DNA of 61,000 nt, filler included, from Sphacelaria rigidula (Eukaryota): assembly GCA_964200075.2 (NCBI GenBank). It is 9 parts of 9 records of this genome, joined end to end, with 100 filler letters (N's around TTAATTAATTAA, not from the genome) between each part and the next. Parts side by side here need not be neighbours in the genome. Positions count along the whole stretch, not along the records: positions 6,791 to 13,480 come from CAXNAA020018607.1; positions 13,581 to 20,269 come from CAXNAA020018608.1; positions 20,370 to 27,058 come from CAXNAA020018609.1; 6 more parts are not named here. One strand, given 5' to 3'. Below the pieces are notes generated by a model, which had not been told where the DNA came from, did not search any database, and was given only the letters and a program-made list of their open reading frames with translations. The position numbers were made by a program, and so were the translations under genes. The first letter of the stretch is position 1; each line of letters begins with the position of its first letter. Below are positions 12,662-24,875 of the stretch, in pieces.

Positions 12662-13480
12662 CATGTCGGATTGAGGTTACTGTACATGATAATGCAAGCC
12701 CCCGTTCTTTGAACAGCAGCGGTGATCCCCAACACACTACCGCCTGTATTCCTCACAATTGAGGGCTCAGGCTTTCCGTCGTTATTGTTGTCGTTGTTGT
12801 TGTTGTTGTTGTTGTCGTCCGGTTCGAATGTGTGCCGTGAACAGTACTTTTCTTTCTGTAGCGAAGCGAAGTCTCCGTCTATCCTCGCTAGTCTGTTAAA
12901 TCTCTATTTTCTCTATTACAGTTGGATTCGTTTCTCTCGCGGCTCATGTGTAAACCTCTCAATCCAAGGTCAACATCGAGGAATGTGCCAAGAAGTACTA
13001 TTTTTTAGAATGTTAAATAGCCAACAAAACGTTTCTGAAGCTTTGATCGGAGTGAAATGATGGTTTCTGTCGGCAAGGATTTCCCCCGAACGTTACGTAT
13101 ATTCTCAGCCAAAATATGCGGGCACCGTAACACAGATAGATGGCAGCCAAACGAGTGGGTAATACAACGATATTCGTAAGGTTCGCTAGCAATACTGCAC
13201 GAGTGACATGGAGACGTCAATAGCTTGTGGTATACTTCTATCTTCCAACATACGTTCAACCCTTGTGTACCTTGGCGGACTCGACGGAATAATACTGTAA
13301 TGCGTGAGAGGACCGCGTGCTTAGACGACCACGCCGTAGTTGAAAATACCTCAGGATCGATGTTTTTCAAAACCAATTGGGCCAGTCCCTGCAGGTACCA
13401 CGCCCCTGACCCTAATCCCAACACTAAGCCTAAGCTTAACCCTAACCATGAGGATGTTCAAATTCCGATGCGGTCCTCTA

Positions 13481-13580
13481 NNNNNNNNNNNNNNNNNNNN
13501 NNNNNNNNNNNNNNNNNNNNNNNNTTAATTAATTAANNNNNNNNNNNNNNNNNNNNNNNNNNNNNNNNNNNNNNNNNNNN
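13481..13580. other. Artificial contig spacer
   Basis: N44-TTAATTAATTAA-N44. Confidence 0.98.
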
Positions 13581-13619
13581 GGCTTTTTTTTTTCATTCTT
13601 GTTTCTTTTTTGTTCACGT

Positions 13620-14325
13620 CTTAAGCTACTTCTTATGTATTAAAAAAAAAAACTTGTTGAAAAGTGCATTTTTGGCCCTTCTCCGTCCTTTTTCCCCCGA
13701 AAAGAGGGCTAGGCGGATGTTGACACCTTGGAATGACTTGCTCTACTCGCCGAGACGGTTCCAGAGCACCTTTGCGTTTGCCGTAGATCACGGTTTCGTC
13801 TTTGGCCAAACTTGCATTTTCAATAACAGTCAAGTTACCGAAAAAATGTCAGTTTTCCCCCTGTTTTTACATAACTTGACCGTTTGTTATTGAAAATGCA
13901 AGTTTGGCCAAAAACGAAACCGTGATCTACGGCAAACGCAAAGGTGCTCAGGAACCGTCTCGGCGAGTAGAGCAAGTCAATCCAAGGTGTCAACAGCCGC
14001 CTAGCCCTCTCTTGGGGGAAAAAGGACGGAGAAGGGCAAAAAATGCACTTTTCAACAAGTTTTATTTTTCGATACATGAATAGTAGCCTTAACTGACATT
14101 TTTCTGGTAACTTGACCGTTTGTTATTGAAAAAATTGGCCAAAAACGAAACTATGACCTACAGAAAACGCGAAGGTGCTCTGGAACCGTTTCAGCGAGTA
14201 GAGCAAGTCATTCCAAGGTGTCAACATCCGCCTGGCCCTCGTTTCGGGGGGGAAAATAACGTAGGAGGGCCAAAAATGCACTTTTCAACAAGTTTTATTT
14301 TTTTATACAGAAGAAGTAGCCTTAG
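13620..14325. repeat. ~230-bp unit in three copies (one forward, two reverse in tandem)
   Basis: 13620-13850 is the reverse complement of ~13868-14092 and ~14093-14325, also visible as repeated pseudo-peptides in the ORF track. Confidence 0.85.
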
Positions 14326-14804
14326 CCTTCCATGTCGTTCTGTTCGACTTTTTCTTGTTTTCTGTTCCTTCTTTTCTTCAGCGAGTGTTTCAGTTTTGGT
14401 TTTTGTTGGGTACGTACGTCTATCATGAAACCACGGCTGGACCCCTGGAGGGTCACTTAAAGTGCGACAGTCAACCAATCAAATCAAATCAAATTGAACG
14501 CAACGCTGCTCTCATGCCGAGTTGACGGGGTTTCACCCGGTTCAGCGGTTGCTAAACCAGGACCCAGAACAGCGGTTAAGAACCGCTAAACCGGAATAGC
14601 GGTTGGTCCCGGTTTAGCTGTTATTTCCCGTTTTGACATCAGGGACCGCTAAACTGGGACCTCTACTGTACCGGAAAAAAAAAGCAAGCTCACCGGAATA
14701 AAGCAAGATACCGGTTGCTGAGGAGTAAATATCGAACGGATGAACGCTAGGAATAAAGGCCAGATGCGCGCGTGCTTGGTGCAGTCTTGTCCGCTGGAAC
14801 TCAC

Positions 14805-17492
14805 CAGTCTACGACGATTTCGCCAAGCATGGGCTTCGCGAGGGTGAGCATGACATGGGCGGTGCTAGGCCGTAGGGATGATATCCGTTTCCCAGCCTGG
14901 ATGAATCCTTTGTCTTCCTTTGGTAATCTACCTGGGGGCGTGTCGACGACGGCAAATAGGCAGTCGCGCCAAGGGTAGCACGTGGTGCTGTCGAGTCACC
15001 GGAGGAAACAGCAGTCGCCTGGGTCACGTAATAAGCGCACGTACACTGTGACCATGACACAGTACCTGGCTCGTGAAGACCTCGATGATCGCGAGAATAG
15101 CACAAGTCGACCACTGTCGGACCACGAACAGTGCGGAATACAGACAACACCTACTGCGTGCAGCATCACCCGGAGATCCACGCAACCGTTGCGCCGGCGG
15201 GGTAACTGTTTGAACAGTGCGTGAGGTACTTCTGAAGTAGTGCAACAAGGGGAGAGCGCTCACCATTGGAGCAGCACTTGGTTCGATCTCCGGTGAGGGA
15301 GAGACCGACCACCACGCCCTTCTCCAAAACGAAGGTAACCACCTCCACATCATACTCCTGGCGGAGGGCGCATCATCGCCAGTCGAACAAAACCGCGGAA
15401 AAGGGGAAATGGGATGTATATATTAATTTCTGAGGTGTGCTGACTTCAACACACAAAAAATGTGGAACGGCTGTCACACCACAAACGAGGGGACAGCGCT
15501 GGGCTCATGGGCTCAACGATAGGTATCCGGCCGCGCACAATATTTTGTTTTCGACTGTATGGTACTTGAAGTAACCTTCCGGCGGGTCTACGTTACGTAC
15601 ACCATATTTTTGAATAAATGGAAATGCACTGTATCTGTTGTATCGCGTCTGTGTGTATTATTTTCTGGCTCCGATTATATTTTTTACTTTATTTTACTCT
15701 GTACTGAGGTGGTTAGCCTGTTACCACGAAAGGCGTCCGCATCAGATGTCCAGTACAGAGTACTGCGCAGATATCGGAACGGTTTTCAATGCGAAGACAA
15801 CAACAACAGTGTCACACTCTAGACGACGAGACGCAGCTGTCATCACGACCTGTAAGCTGCGTCCGTTCTTTGCCCTCTTACATTCAATGAAGGCACTGGC
15901 AACCGAAAGAAATCGTGCAAGTCCCTACACTCTGACAAATCTGCGTCTAATAAAAAAAAAAAGTCCGAGTGATGACAACAAGTCGCAGGTGATACAACTC
16001 ATTTACTCTTCCTTCACCCACGGACAGAAGCCCACCTTCAGATTTACGGTCCAGCGAGGGTTGACTCCGATCACCGCACCGCCAAGCTTCGGCAAAGCAT
16101 CCATAGAGTTGAACGCATGTCGACCGTCACGCACAACGGATGCCCTGAATTTTAGCGTCTCTACATCGCGCTTCCCTTTGCCGCAGTCACCTGAACCGCC
16201 ACAAAGCCCCGCACAAACCAGCATCATTCAGCTAATGCGTGTAATAAGCAGTAAATCACCGGTTCATCAACAGGCACTGATCGATGTGATTCTACACCTG
16301 CTCCCATCAGAAAGTCGACATGTGTGACGAGCTATTACCTACGGTGTCGGTACTCGTCTTCCTTTGGCCGCTAGTTTTTGCTGCTTCTGTCGAGGAGGCG
16401 CCGCGTTCGCCGGTGTTCGTCCTTGGCTGTCTACTGGTGCTGCTGTTGCTGGTAGCAGCGGCATCCTCACGCTCTCGACCTTCCAGTGAAATGAATCTTT
16501 TCCACACGTCTAATGCGGCGGGCCACCTCGTCGAGCCAGTAATCTCGGATACGATACGAGAAATCGCGAGTGCAGCCGGATCGTCCCTGTCACCACTATT
16601 GCTTTCTTCAGCCCCAGCTGCGACTGTTGTTGTTGTTGTTGTTATTGTTGTTGTTGTTGTTGCTATTTCCGGGCCTGCACGAGGAGCTGGTTGAAGCGAT
16701 GATGATACCGTCGCCGATGTCGTTGCTAGATGCGGTGACACGTTAGAGTCCAGGGCCGTTGGTGCAGGGAGGACTATATCCAGGCTCGTGGCGTGCGCGA
16801 CCAGAGCGAATAAACCCTGGGCGGTCGGCACAGAGGGAGACACTCTCACGCGTATGTACGTGTACGATAGACAGAAAGCATGCAAGGAAGTAGCGCCGAG
16901 ATCACGACCTGGAGTGTTGCAATCAGCTACGTAATGCGAGATAATCATCTTGTTGTTTGTGTTTGTGTTTGTGTTTGTCGTTATTGCTCTTGTTGTTATT
17001 GCTTTTGCTGTTTGTTGTTGTTATCGCTCTTCCCTTTCTTCTTTCCTTTCTTCTTTCCTTTCTGAGGCTGTTGCTTCTGTCTTTTTCTGTTCTTGTCCTT
17101 CTTTCTTCTTTCATTATTCCGTCATTTTTTTGCTGCTCCAGACCACGGGCTGGATTGTTGTAGTCAGCTAATGTGGGATATCCAATCAATCAACCAATCA
17201 ACTATCGAATCCATCATCATCATCCTTACTTGTACGGCGGTAGACTGCACTCGAGTATTTTCAGCTATATAAAATCGACAAGGTGCGAAATAGAGGGTCT
17301 TGCAGCACGATGTTAAGGACAGATATATAGATAGGGGCAGCGACGTGCGCAGCTACATTGACTCATGTCAAACATATTTTTTTCGCTATTATAGCCACAC
17401 CTGGATGCATGAGATGCTCCTCATGACGGCTGGCGGTGCGTCGGTTGCCACGATGAGCTTGCCGCATCCCGCATGGCCGGGGTGCACACCTT
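14805..17492 (-). CDS. THUMP-domain tRNA guanine-N2 methyltransferase (THUMPD3/THUMPD2-like), internal fragment
   Basis: Exons 17492-17401, 16816-16339, 16190-16036, 15357-15264 and 14931-14805 are in phase. Motifs KFRASVVRDGRHAFNSMDALPKLGGAV..WTVNLK-EYDVEVVTFVLEKGVVVGLSLT (THUMP) and SSLRPSTAHVMLTLAKPMLGEIVVD (start of the SAM-dependent methyltransferase domain). Confidence 0.85.
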
Positions 17493-18810
17493 CTATAAGC
17501 GTATCTGCTCCTGTGGAAGAAAGGAGTGGAAAGGGCTTTGGACTAACAGCGAGGGGCTCCTACAATCAAACAACCACGAGCTGGGCCAGCCTAAGAGCTC
17601 ACATTTCTCGAGGGCACGATCACCTTTTCAGTTCCCGAACTAATCTGTTCCAAGAATCACCGTGAAGTGCAGACCTGCTTAATGATGCATGCTCTGCCGC
17701 TGGGAAAAATAAAATAAAATGTACTGCATAATATATGAGATCAACGACGGAACCAGATCCTGCGAAAAAAATATCCGTCGGGATTCGAACTCGTGACCTT
17801 CCGCCCTGTGGAAGTCTCTTATACCCGTCAGACAAAGGAATGCAACGGCGTCACACAAAAGGTGAAACGCACGGCCCAGTTTGCAGAGTTTTGAGCTAAA
17901 ATTGTATACGCATGTCAATACGCAAGAATGCATTGCAGGAGGCAAAAACAAAAATACATATCTGTAGAGGTACGAGATATTGATTATTTTTTTACCATCT
18001 TCAACTGGCTCTAGCTTTCTACTCTTTTTCTTTTCTCTTCATGTTACAAACTTTGTGTTTAAATACCAGCTTCCAACTAAAAAAACTGGCTGTGCAAAGC
18101 TGGTCAAGCGTCAATGCCCTGAGCTGGCCCAGCTCGTAGCATGGGCAGTCAAAGGGCTACTGTAGCTGCTAGGGTGCCTACGCTAATTACATTGTGTTTT
18201 ACTCTCAGCAAGTACTCATAGCCACGCAGCGTACGACGTACCCTTGCTTGCGTTGTTCCTCTTGCACATGCATGCTGTAAGAAGTGATCTCCGCGTACTG
18301 ATGTGGTATCGTACCGCATCGAACCGTGACATGAGGCACTGACTACGGCAGCACGGGTACAGACAGACCATAAGTGTTGTCTTATAACATGAAGATGAAC
18401 ATGATTCCTGCTATACTTAACCCTTGGCCGCTAGGGTGAGTCATATGTTGAATTAGCATCCATTGTATTTAAAAAATGAATGTGATACCTAGATTGCCCC
18501 TACATATTCATCCCATCACACCTTCAACCGCCCCCCTTTCTCGAGACGAATCTGTGGTCTCAAGGGATTAAATGATCTCTCCCGTGGTGGACACCTCGCA
18601 CTTTGGTATCGAGGATTGGATCAGCACTCTGGAGCCGCGTTGACCCTCAACAAACTCAGCCAAAATATTTTTGCTGCTCACGTCCTGAGGCTTCCAACGC
18701 CGGAAATCAGGTACTTGAAACGTAAAGCCCAAACACATCTGACGAGAATCCATCCCGCATTCTTTCAGCCCTGATGACGTCAGTTGTACCACTTTGAGCA
18801 CAACGCCTGT

Positions 18811-18962
18811 ACATGGGGATGGATTTTTGTAGTGAAATGTTAAATTCAACCAATCAGAGGTCCTTCTGTGAGGAATCGGCGGAATCTAGCGCCAATAAAA
18901 TGTGACCTTCGTGGTGAAAAATGCTCGTGATTGGCTCGCACACTGGAGTCTCACCTGTAGTG
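18811..18962. mobile_element. Terminus of a CACTA-like element (CACTA end)
   Basis: Homologous to 1088-1251; the minus strand begins CACTACAGGTGAG. Confidence 0.6.
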
Positions 18963-20269
18963 TACTTACTATATACAGTACATGAGTGTACAGTCACACT
19001 GGGTCGGATAGACCAGCAGAAAAGAAACGAAGCTGCAAGCAGATGAGCAGACAGCGAGTGGTATATTTTTTCCGTAGGGGGTCATTACGATGCTCGTGTG
19101 TCGGTATATCCCCATCTTGGTATGGCTAGTTGTGTCCTTCCGTGGCCGCGAGCGCTGGCGCCGATGCCAGCGGCAGCAGCCGCCATGCTGCCGGGTGCAA
19201 TCAGTACCCTGGCGGTGCAGTATATCCGCACCATGCCATAGGTTGTTCCTTACATCGAAGCACGGGGTCTGGCCCAGCCGGTCGAGCGGTGTATATCGGC
19301 GCTGGTTGTGTGTCTTTACCCAAGCATGTTTCGGTATCGCGCAAGTGAAGGGTGTAGGCAGCACCTCGTTCGTTTTACGGAAGATGAAGCAGCCACACTA
19401 TGAGTATTTCAACAGTGCGTAGACAGCACTGCGTTCCGGCTATACTACATTTTACACAGAGACGAACAGACGAACACAGCAACACAACACTTCAAGCAAT
19501 CTCAGCGGATACCAAACCGCCTTCGCAAGTTACGAACACACCACAAAACAGCGATAGCTACAGCACATGAAAGAGGACGTTAGTGTATTCGTCTGCAGTA
19601 CAGTGAAACAGGACATGTCCCATGTTTTAGTTCTTCACTTGATTTTCAACGGGTCCTCAGTGTTTGCCGGGTGCCGATCTTGAACGCTCGGCCATAGCCG
19701 CGCTTCGCGCAAATAATTTAATCCACTACAAAATCGTTCCCATGTATGGGTCCTGTGTCAGACTTTGAGCCCGGACGTCAAATTGACGTTTTTCAACATC
19801 GGGCGCCCACTGTTAGACATGCTAATCGGGGCAAAAAAAGTGAATGGGCTGTTCGGGGAAATCCCAACGATCACAGACGAAAATTCTCCTTTTCTTTTTT
19901 CGTCCTGGGATGCTCCGACCAAGCACACTTGCTTTTTACAATAGTTCAATCTCTTTACGGGTTGATCGCGCGCGCAGGCAACATCTTAGCTGTTCACACC
20001 CTACAGTCTGCTGCTGACCATCCACACGCAGCCCATAGCGGCGGTCTTATCCTCCTGCTTTGAAGGCGTACACTCTAAACCTGAAAAAAACATATAATTT
20101 GAATATAATTGCCGGCTTCCTGATCTGACCGCGGGACGTACCCTGAAATGGGCGCTGCAGTGCAGTGCATTGGGATGGTGAGCACTTTCCAGTTGGATAC
20201 AGGCTGGTTCATGCTCATCACCCAAAATTGTGTCATCAGCAAATGCCTTTCGCAATACCTACCCAATAG

Positions 20270-20369
20270 NNNNNNNNNNNNNNNNNNNNNNNNNNNNNNN
20301 NNNNNNNNNNNNNTTAATTAATTAANNNNNNNNNNNNNNNNNNNNNNNNNNNNNNNNNNNNNNNNNNNN
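20270..20369. other. Artificial contig spacer
   Basis: N44-TTAATTAATTAA-N44. Confidence 0.98.
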
Positions 20370-20399
20370 TGCATTTCACTGGGGACAACCTGACATACC

Positions 20400-23300
20400 A
20401 CGGGCGCGTGGAGGGGGTTCAAGCTGAGGTGACCAGCAGAGAGGCATTTGGCCTGTGATTGATCCAGACTGGAGACTCACTGAAACTGCGTGCAGCGTGA
20501 GTTCGGAGGCTCCTATCACTGTGTGGTGCGGCGACGAAGCAAGGATGAAGTGTGCAATTCGCGACAGTCCGCTGGCTCGCGAAAGGTTCGCAGGTAGCCG
20601 GCTCAGTTATGGCGACCGGCGCGCGTGCGACGTCCAGCGTGACGCCCGTGGTTAAGCGGCAAGAGTTGCGACCTTCCCAACACGAGGATAGGTACTCCGA
20701 GAGTGCATCTCGCACTTTCTATAACAAGTACGTGGAGTAAAGTAAGTGTGTGGAGCACGCTGACGCAGAGGGTGAAGTGCGACATCAGGTAGTGTCGATG
20801 GCTCAACAAGTGCCGACGCATGTGCAAAGGGTGTTTACGCGTGTCGAACATGATGAGAGCACAACAACCCCGCCGCAATTGACTGCGGCGATAAAAAGGC
20901 ATACTGGGCATGCGGCGGGCGTCGAGGCGGATTTGGCCCAAGCGTTCGCGGCCGTGGCAAAAGCTGTCGCCATGGAGTCTCGGGAAAAGACGATGCTAGA
21001 GCGGGTGAAGTCAATCCTGTCCAATCTGGAGAAATACTTCTAAGAAAATCCGAACGTGGAACTAGTAGATCGTTCCCCCGACGGTGAGTTGATTCCCGGC
21101 CCGGCTGCCGTAATCACCTAGGCTTCGGTGGAGGGGTTAACGCCGGGAAAAGTCAAGCAAGCCATGCTTGTGCAGTTGCAGCTAGAGACCGGTTGGAAGG
21201 CCGACCCTCACCTGGTGATGGACACCGTCGTGGCCGAGGGCAAGGAGTGGAAGGAGATAGAGGTGTTCGACCAGTTGTTCACCTCCACGCCGAAGTCTTT
21301 GCGTCACCACGGCTCGAAATCGGCCAGCCGCGCTGCGGCCATCACCTACCACCGCTGTGGCCAGGTCGGCCATTACGCGCGCGATTGCCCAATGTCTTCT
21401 GGTGGAGAGTCTGGGCAGTCTCATACCGCGCGCTATCAGAACGACAGCACAAGGGCAGAGGACGAGGTGATCGTGGTTGTGGTGGTGGCGGACCCTCCGG
21501 CGGTGGGAGATCGCAGTCGACTCTCCAGCAGCAGCAGCAGCAGCAGCAGCAACAGGGACAGCAGCGTCAGCATGGGTCTGGTTCTGGGTCCGGCTCCCCG
21601 GTAGATGCTGCTGCTCCGCAACGAGCGGTGCAGGTGGGACCGACCTCTATAGTGTCGAACACTGCGCCGGCGCCGGTGGTGGCGCCAGTGGCGACACCGG
21701 CAGCAGCGCCAGGCGCGACGCATGCCGATGCGCTGGTCGTAGGTTTGCCAAATTCTTGGTCTGCTGACTGGGAGTCGTACCCGCCGGCGGTGCCGTTTGA
21801 ACCTGCCGGGCATTTTTGCCTGCGCAGCTTGCGCAGCCATGGCGTCAAGTGAGATTAGCGGCGCAGCGGTCGGCGGATGGAGGGCATGTGGAGTTTGCAG
21901 ACAAGTACGCCCCTGCGGATCTATGTCTTCCAAGTCAACGGGAGCGTGGAGCCATTGCGGTTCGGGCTATGTTGGGTTCTGGCACCCATTTCACGAGTCT
22001 GTCGGTGCAGAATATGGAGACGTTGGAGTGTCTTCTCCCGGGTGTGCTGCTGCGCTTCCCGTTCTCGCTCGGGGCGCGTCACGCCGTCACCGCGTCGGAC
22101 CAGCATGTTCCCGTCACGGAGCGTACTGTTCCGCTGCAGCTGGCTTTCACGACTGTCTGGGGGTTGGTGCCGTTGCGTCCGATCTCGTTTGCGATCATGC
22201 CGGGGTCGGATGGTGTCATTCTTCTGGGCTCGTCGACGCTCCAGGGTCTTGGAGTCGACCCGTATGCGCGACTGTGGGATTGCAATAAGACGCGGATGTC
22301 TCCGCCTCCTCCGCACGTGGAGACGCCCGCCTTGTTGGGTAGTCGTCACGTGAGCTTGTCGGTGGATGCTTTTCAGGAGGTTAGCGGGCAGGTGACCGAG
22401 GAGCGGGACGAGGCGGTGGAACGCTTGGTGGCGCGTGGCCCAGAGATGATTATGGATCCGGCGGAAGAGGGATCAGCTCGGAAGATCGCGCTGGAGGAGA
22501 GCGCGAATGATGCTGTGGCGAAAGGCCTCAGCGTCTCGAAAGCGGACTGCCTGCGCGGCATCTTGCACCACCGCGCCAACGCGTTTCGTCGAGTGCTGCG
22601 GGGTGATCCTCCAGCGCGCGTGGAGCCCATGCGTGTTAAGCTAGAACCTGGGGCGTCCGCGGTGAAGCCGAAGCCGCGGCAGTACGATCCGGTGAAGTCG
22701 AGTTGGTTGGCGTCGTGCATGGCGGCTCTTGTGGCGCTCGGGTTGGTGTTCAGAAACTTGCAGGCGGCGTGGTCCAGTCCGGCTATGGTGGTTCCGAATT
22801 AAGACTCGTTTTGCCTGGTAAGCGACTATAAGGCCGTAGATGAGAAGGTTGAGAAGTCGCCGAGTGTGATGTCCGACCAAGAGTCGGACATGCGTGGTCT
22901 GTTGAGTGCTCGGTTTTTTGGCAAGTTGCATCTCCTCAAAGGTTACTGGCAGATGCCGTTGACCGAAAAGACGCGGAAATGTTTCACAATCACGACTCCG
23001 TCTGGCTTGTTTGTCCCGGAGCGAGTGCCGCCAGGCGTGCTAAAGTAAATACCACGGCATATTTTCAAGGTATCATGACAGAACTGCTCGTCGGCTTAAA
23101 ACGTGAGATATGAGCGGATGATGTGTTTTTTCGCGGACACAGGAGACGAATTTTCACACACGCTAGATGCTATCGTGGCTTGTTTGGAGAGCATTGGTTT
23201 GTTTCCGGCTGAGCACAAGTGTACACTCTTCGCTGGTGAACTCGTGTGGTGTGAACGCGTATTTCATGACCCTATCAGATTGCAAGGCTTGTCTGACATG

Positions 23301-24730
23301 CGGAGCCCCGAGATGGCCGTAGAGCTCATGCAATTCCTTCAGGCCGTGAAGTGGCTGCATACGTCGTTGTCGCGTGTGGCAGAAATAGTAGCTCTCTTGC
23401 GTTTTTTCTTCGAAGAATCCATGGCGGATGCTGCGAGGCGGATGAAGCGCGTGGCAAACCGCCCTATTCCGCCTTCATCGTGGATGGAGGGCAAGCTGTA
23501 GGCGTGAGCGGCAGCGAAGATCTGGTGGCTCATGCCGTGACGCTGTTCCACCCTCGTCCTCATTGTCAGGTGTTGATGTTTCCGGATGCATCTGAGTACC
23601 ATTGGGGTAGCTTTGTCACGCAGGTACTGAGTTGAAATACAACGACACTTGCCGGTCGAGGATACGACGCATGAACCGCTGGCTTTCCTCAGTTGTAGTC
23701 TCAAGGGTTCGGAGTTTCGTTGGGGCACAATTGACAAGGAAGGTGTTGCTATTGTGAGCACGTTTCGTCGTTTGGCGCATCTTTCGTGAGATGGCGTACA
23801 CATTTTCACGTATCACCAAAATCTCGTGTATATTTTTAAGCCGGAAGCGTGTGTTACGTCCGTGTCGAAGGCGTTGGCACGACGTTTGGAGGGTTGGGAT
23901 GGTGTTCTTGGCCGGTATCGTCACTCGGTTTGCCATACTTCGGGTGACCGTAAGGCGTGGGGTGACTTACTTTCGCGTTGGGTGAATATTCCGGTTTTGC
24001 CTGTGCGCGCTGTGGCTGTGTCTGGTCCGTGTGAACCTCATGACTCGATGCCGTCCACATCCGTTGTCCGTTCAGCGCAACGTCAAGAACTTGGGACCGA
24101 AGATGCGGATGTGCAATCTTTCGAGTCGGACGTTGTCACTGCTATCTTGGACAATGAAGGTCTGTTTCGTTTGCACGTGGGTGGCCGAAACGTTTTGTGA
24201 GTTCCGAGTTCTGACAAGCAGTTGCAGGTACGTCTGGTGATTCGCGCGCACATTCGCGACGCCGGGTATCGTGGTGTGGCTGCGACGCTCGTGCGTTTGC
24301 AAGAGTTTCGTGTCTGGCAGGGGATAGAAACTCATGAGCGCGAATGTTTTCCCCAGGGTTTTCACTGTGCTGACTCGGGGACGGGCGATGTTGTTCCCCG
24401 CCCGCTCGGTGAAACGGCCCTTGGGACCATGCCGAATGAAGTCGTTCATTTTGACTTCTTGTACGTGGGCGAGAGTGACCCGCTAGCTTCCCAAGGTTTG
24501 TCAGAGGATGCTGGGTTTCGATACATTTTGGTAATCATGGATGATTTCAGCAACTTCGTTTCTCTAGAACCAGTAGCAGCGTGTACTGCTGAATCGACTG
24601 CTGCTTCTTTCCTAAATTGGTGCAGAAGGTTGGGGGTGCCGCGTGTGTGGGTGAGTGATACCGCAACGCATTTCAAGAATGCGGTCTTGGCCCGATTGCG
24701 AGAGGCTTTGCACGTCGATCACCATGGCTG
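20400..24730 (+). mobile_element. Decayed Ty3/Gypsy LTR retrotransposon internal region (gag-PR-RT-RNaseH-IN)
   Basis: Zinc knuckle remnant HRCGQVGHYARDC (~21350), protease AMLGSG (LDSG with Asp lost, ~21965), RT FGKLHLLKGYWQMPL / PERVPPG, RNase H VLMFPDAS / HEPLAFLS / WGTIDKEG, integrase PNEVVHFDFLY and WVSDTATHFKN, in Gypsy order. Many stops and frameshifts; LTRs not seen. Confidence 0.93.
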
Positions 24731-24875
24731 GCGTCAAGTTATGTTCTTGATGAACAAACACACTCCACATCGCATCTACAGAGGGATAAGGCACTTCGCG
24801 GTGGGCTAAAGCACCTGGAAACAGCGACGGCATTCGTGTCGGGAACTGCTCGGACACACTATTCCTCACATACGA

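Noticed and set aside
7439..17492. One long minus-strand gene joining the THUMP and CFAP47-like exons
   Set aside because: They are different protein families on separate contigs divided by a spacer.
17755..17855. Functional tRNA gene
   Set aside because: Only the T-arm-like motif is present; the acceptor, D and anticodon stems do not form.
20400..24730. Active or domesticated Gypsy element
   Set aside because: The catalytic protease Asp is lost, RT and RNase H have multiple stops and frameshifts, and the integrase is truncated.
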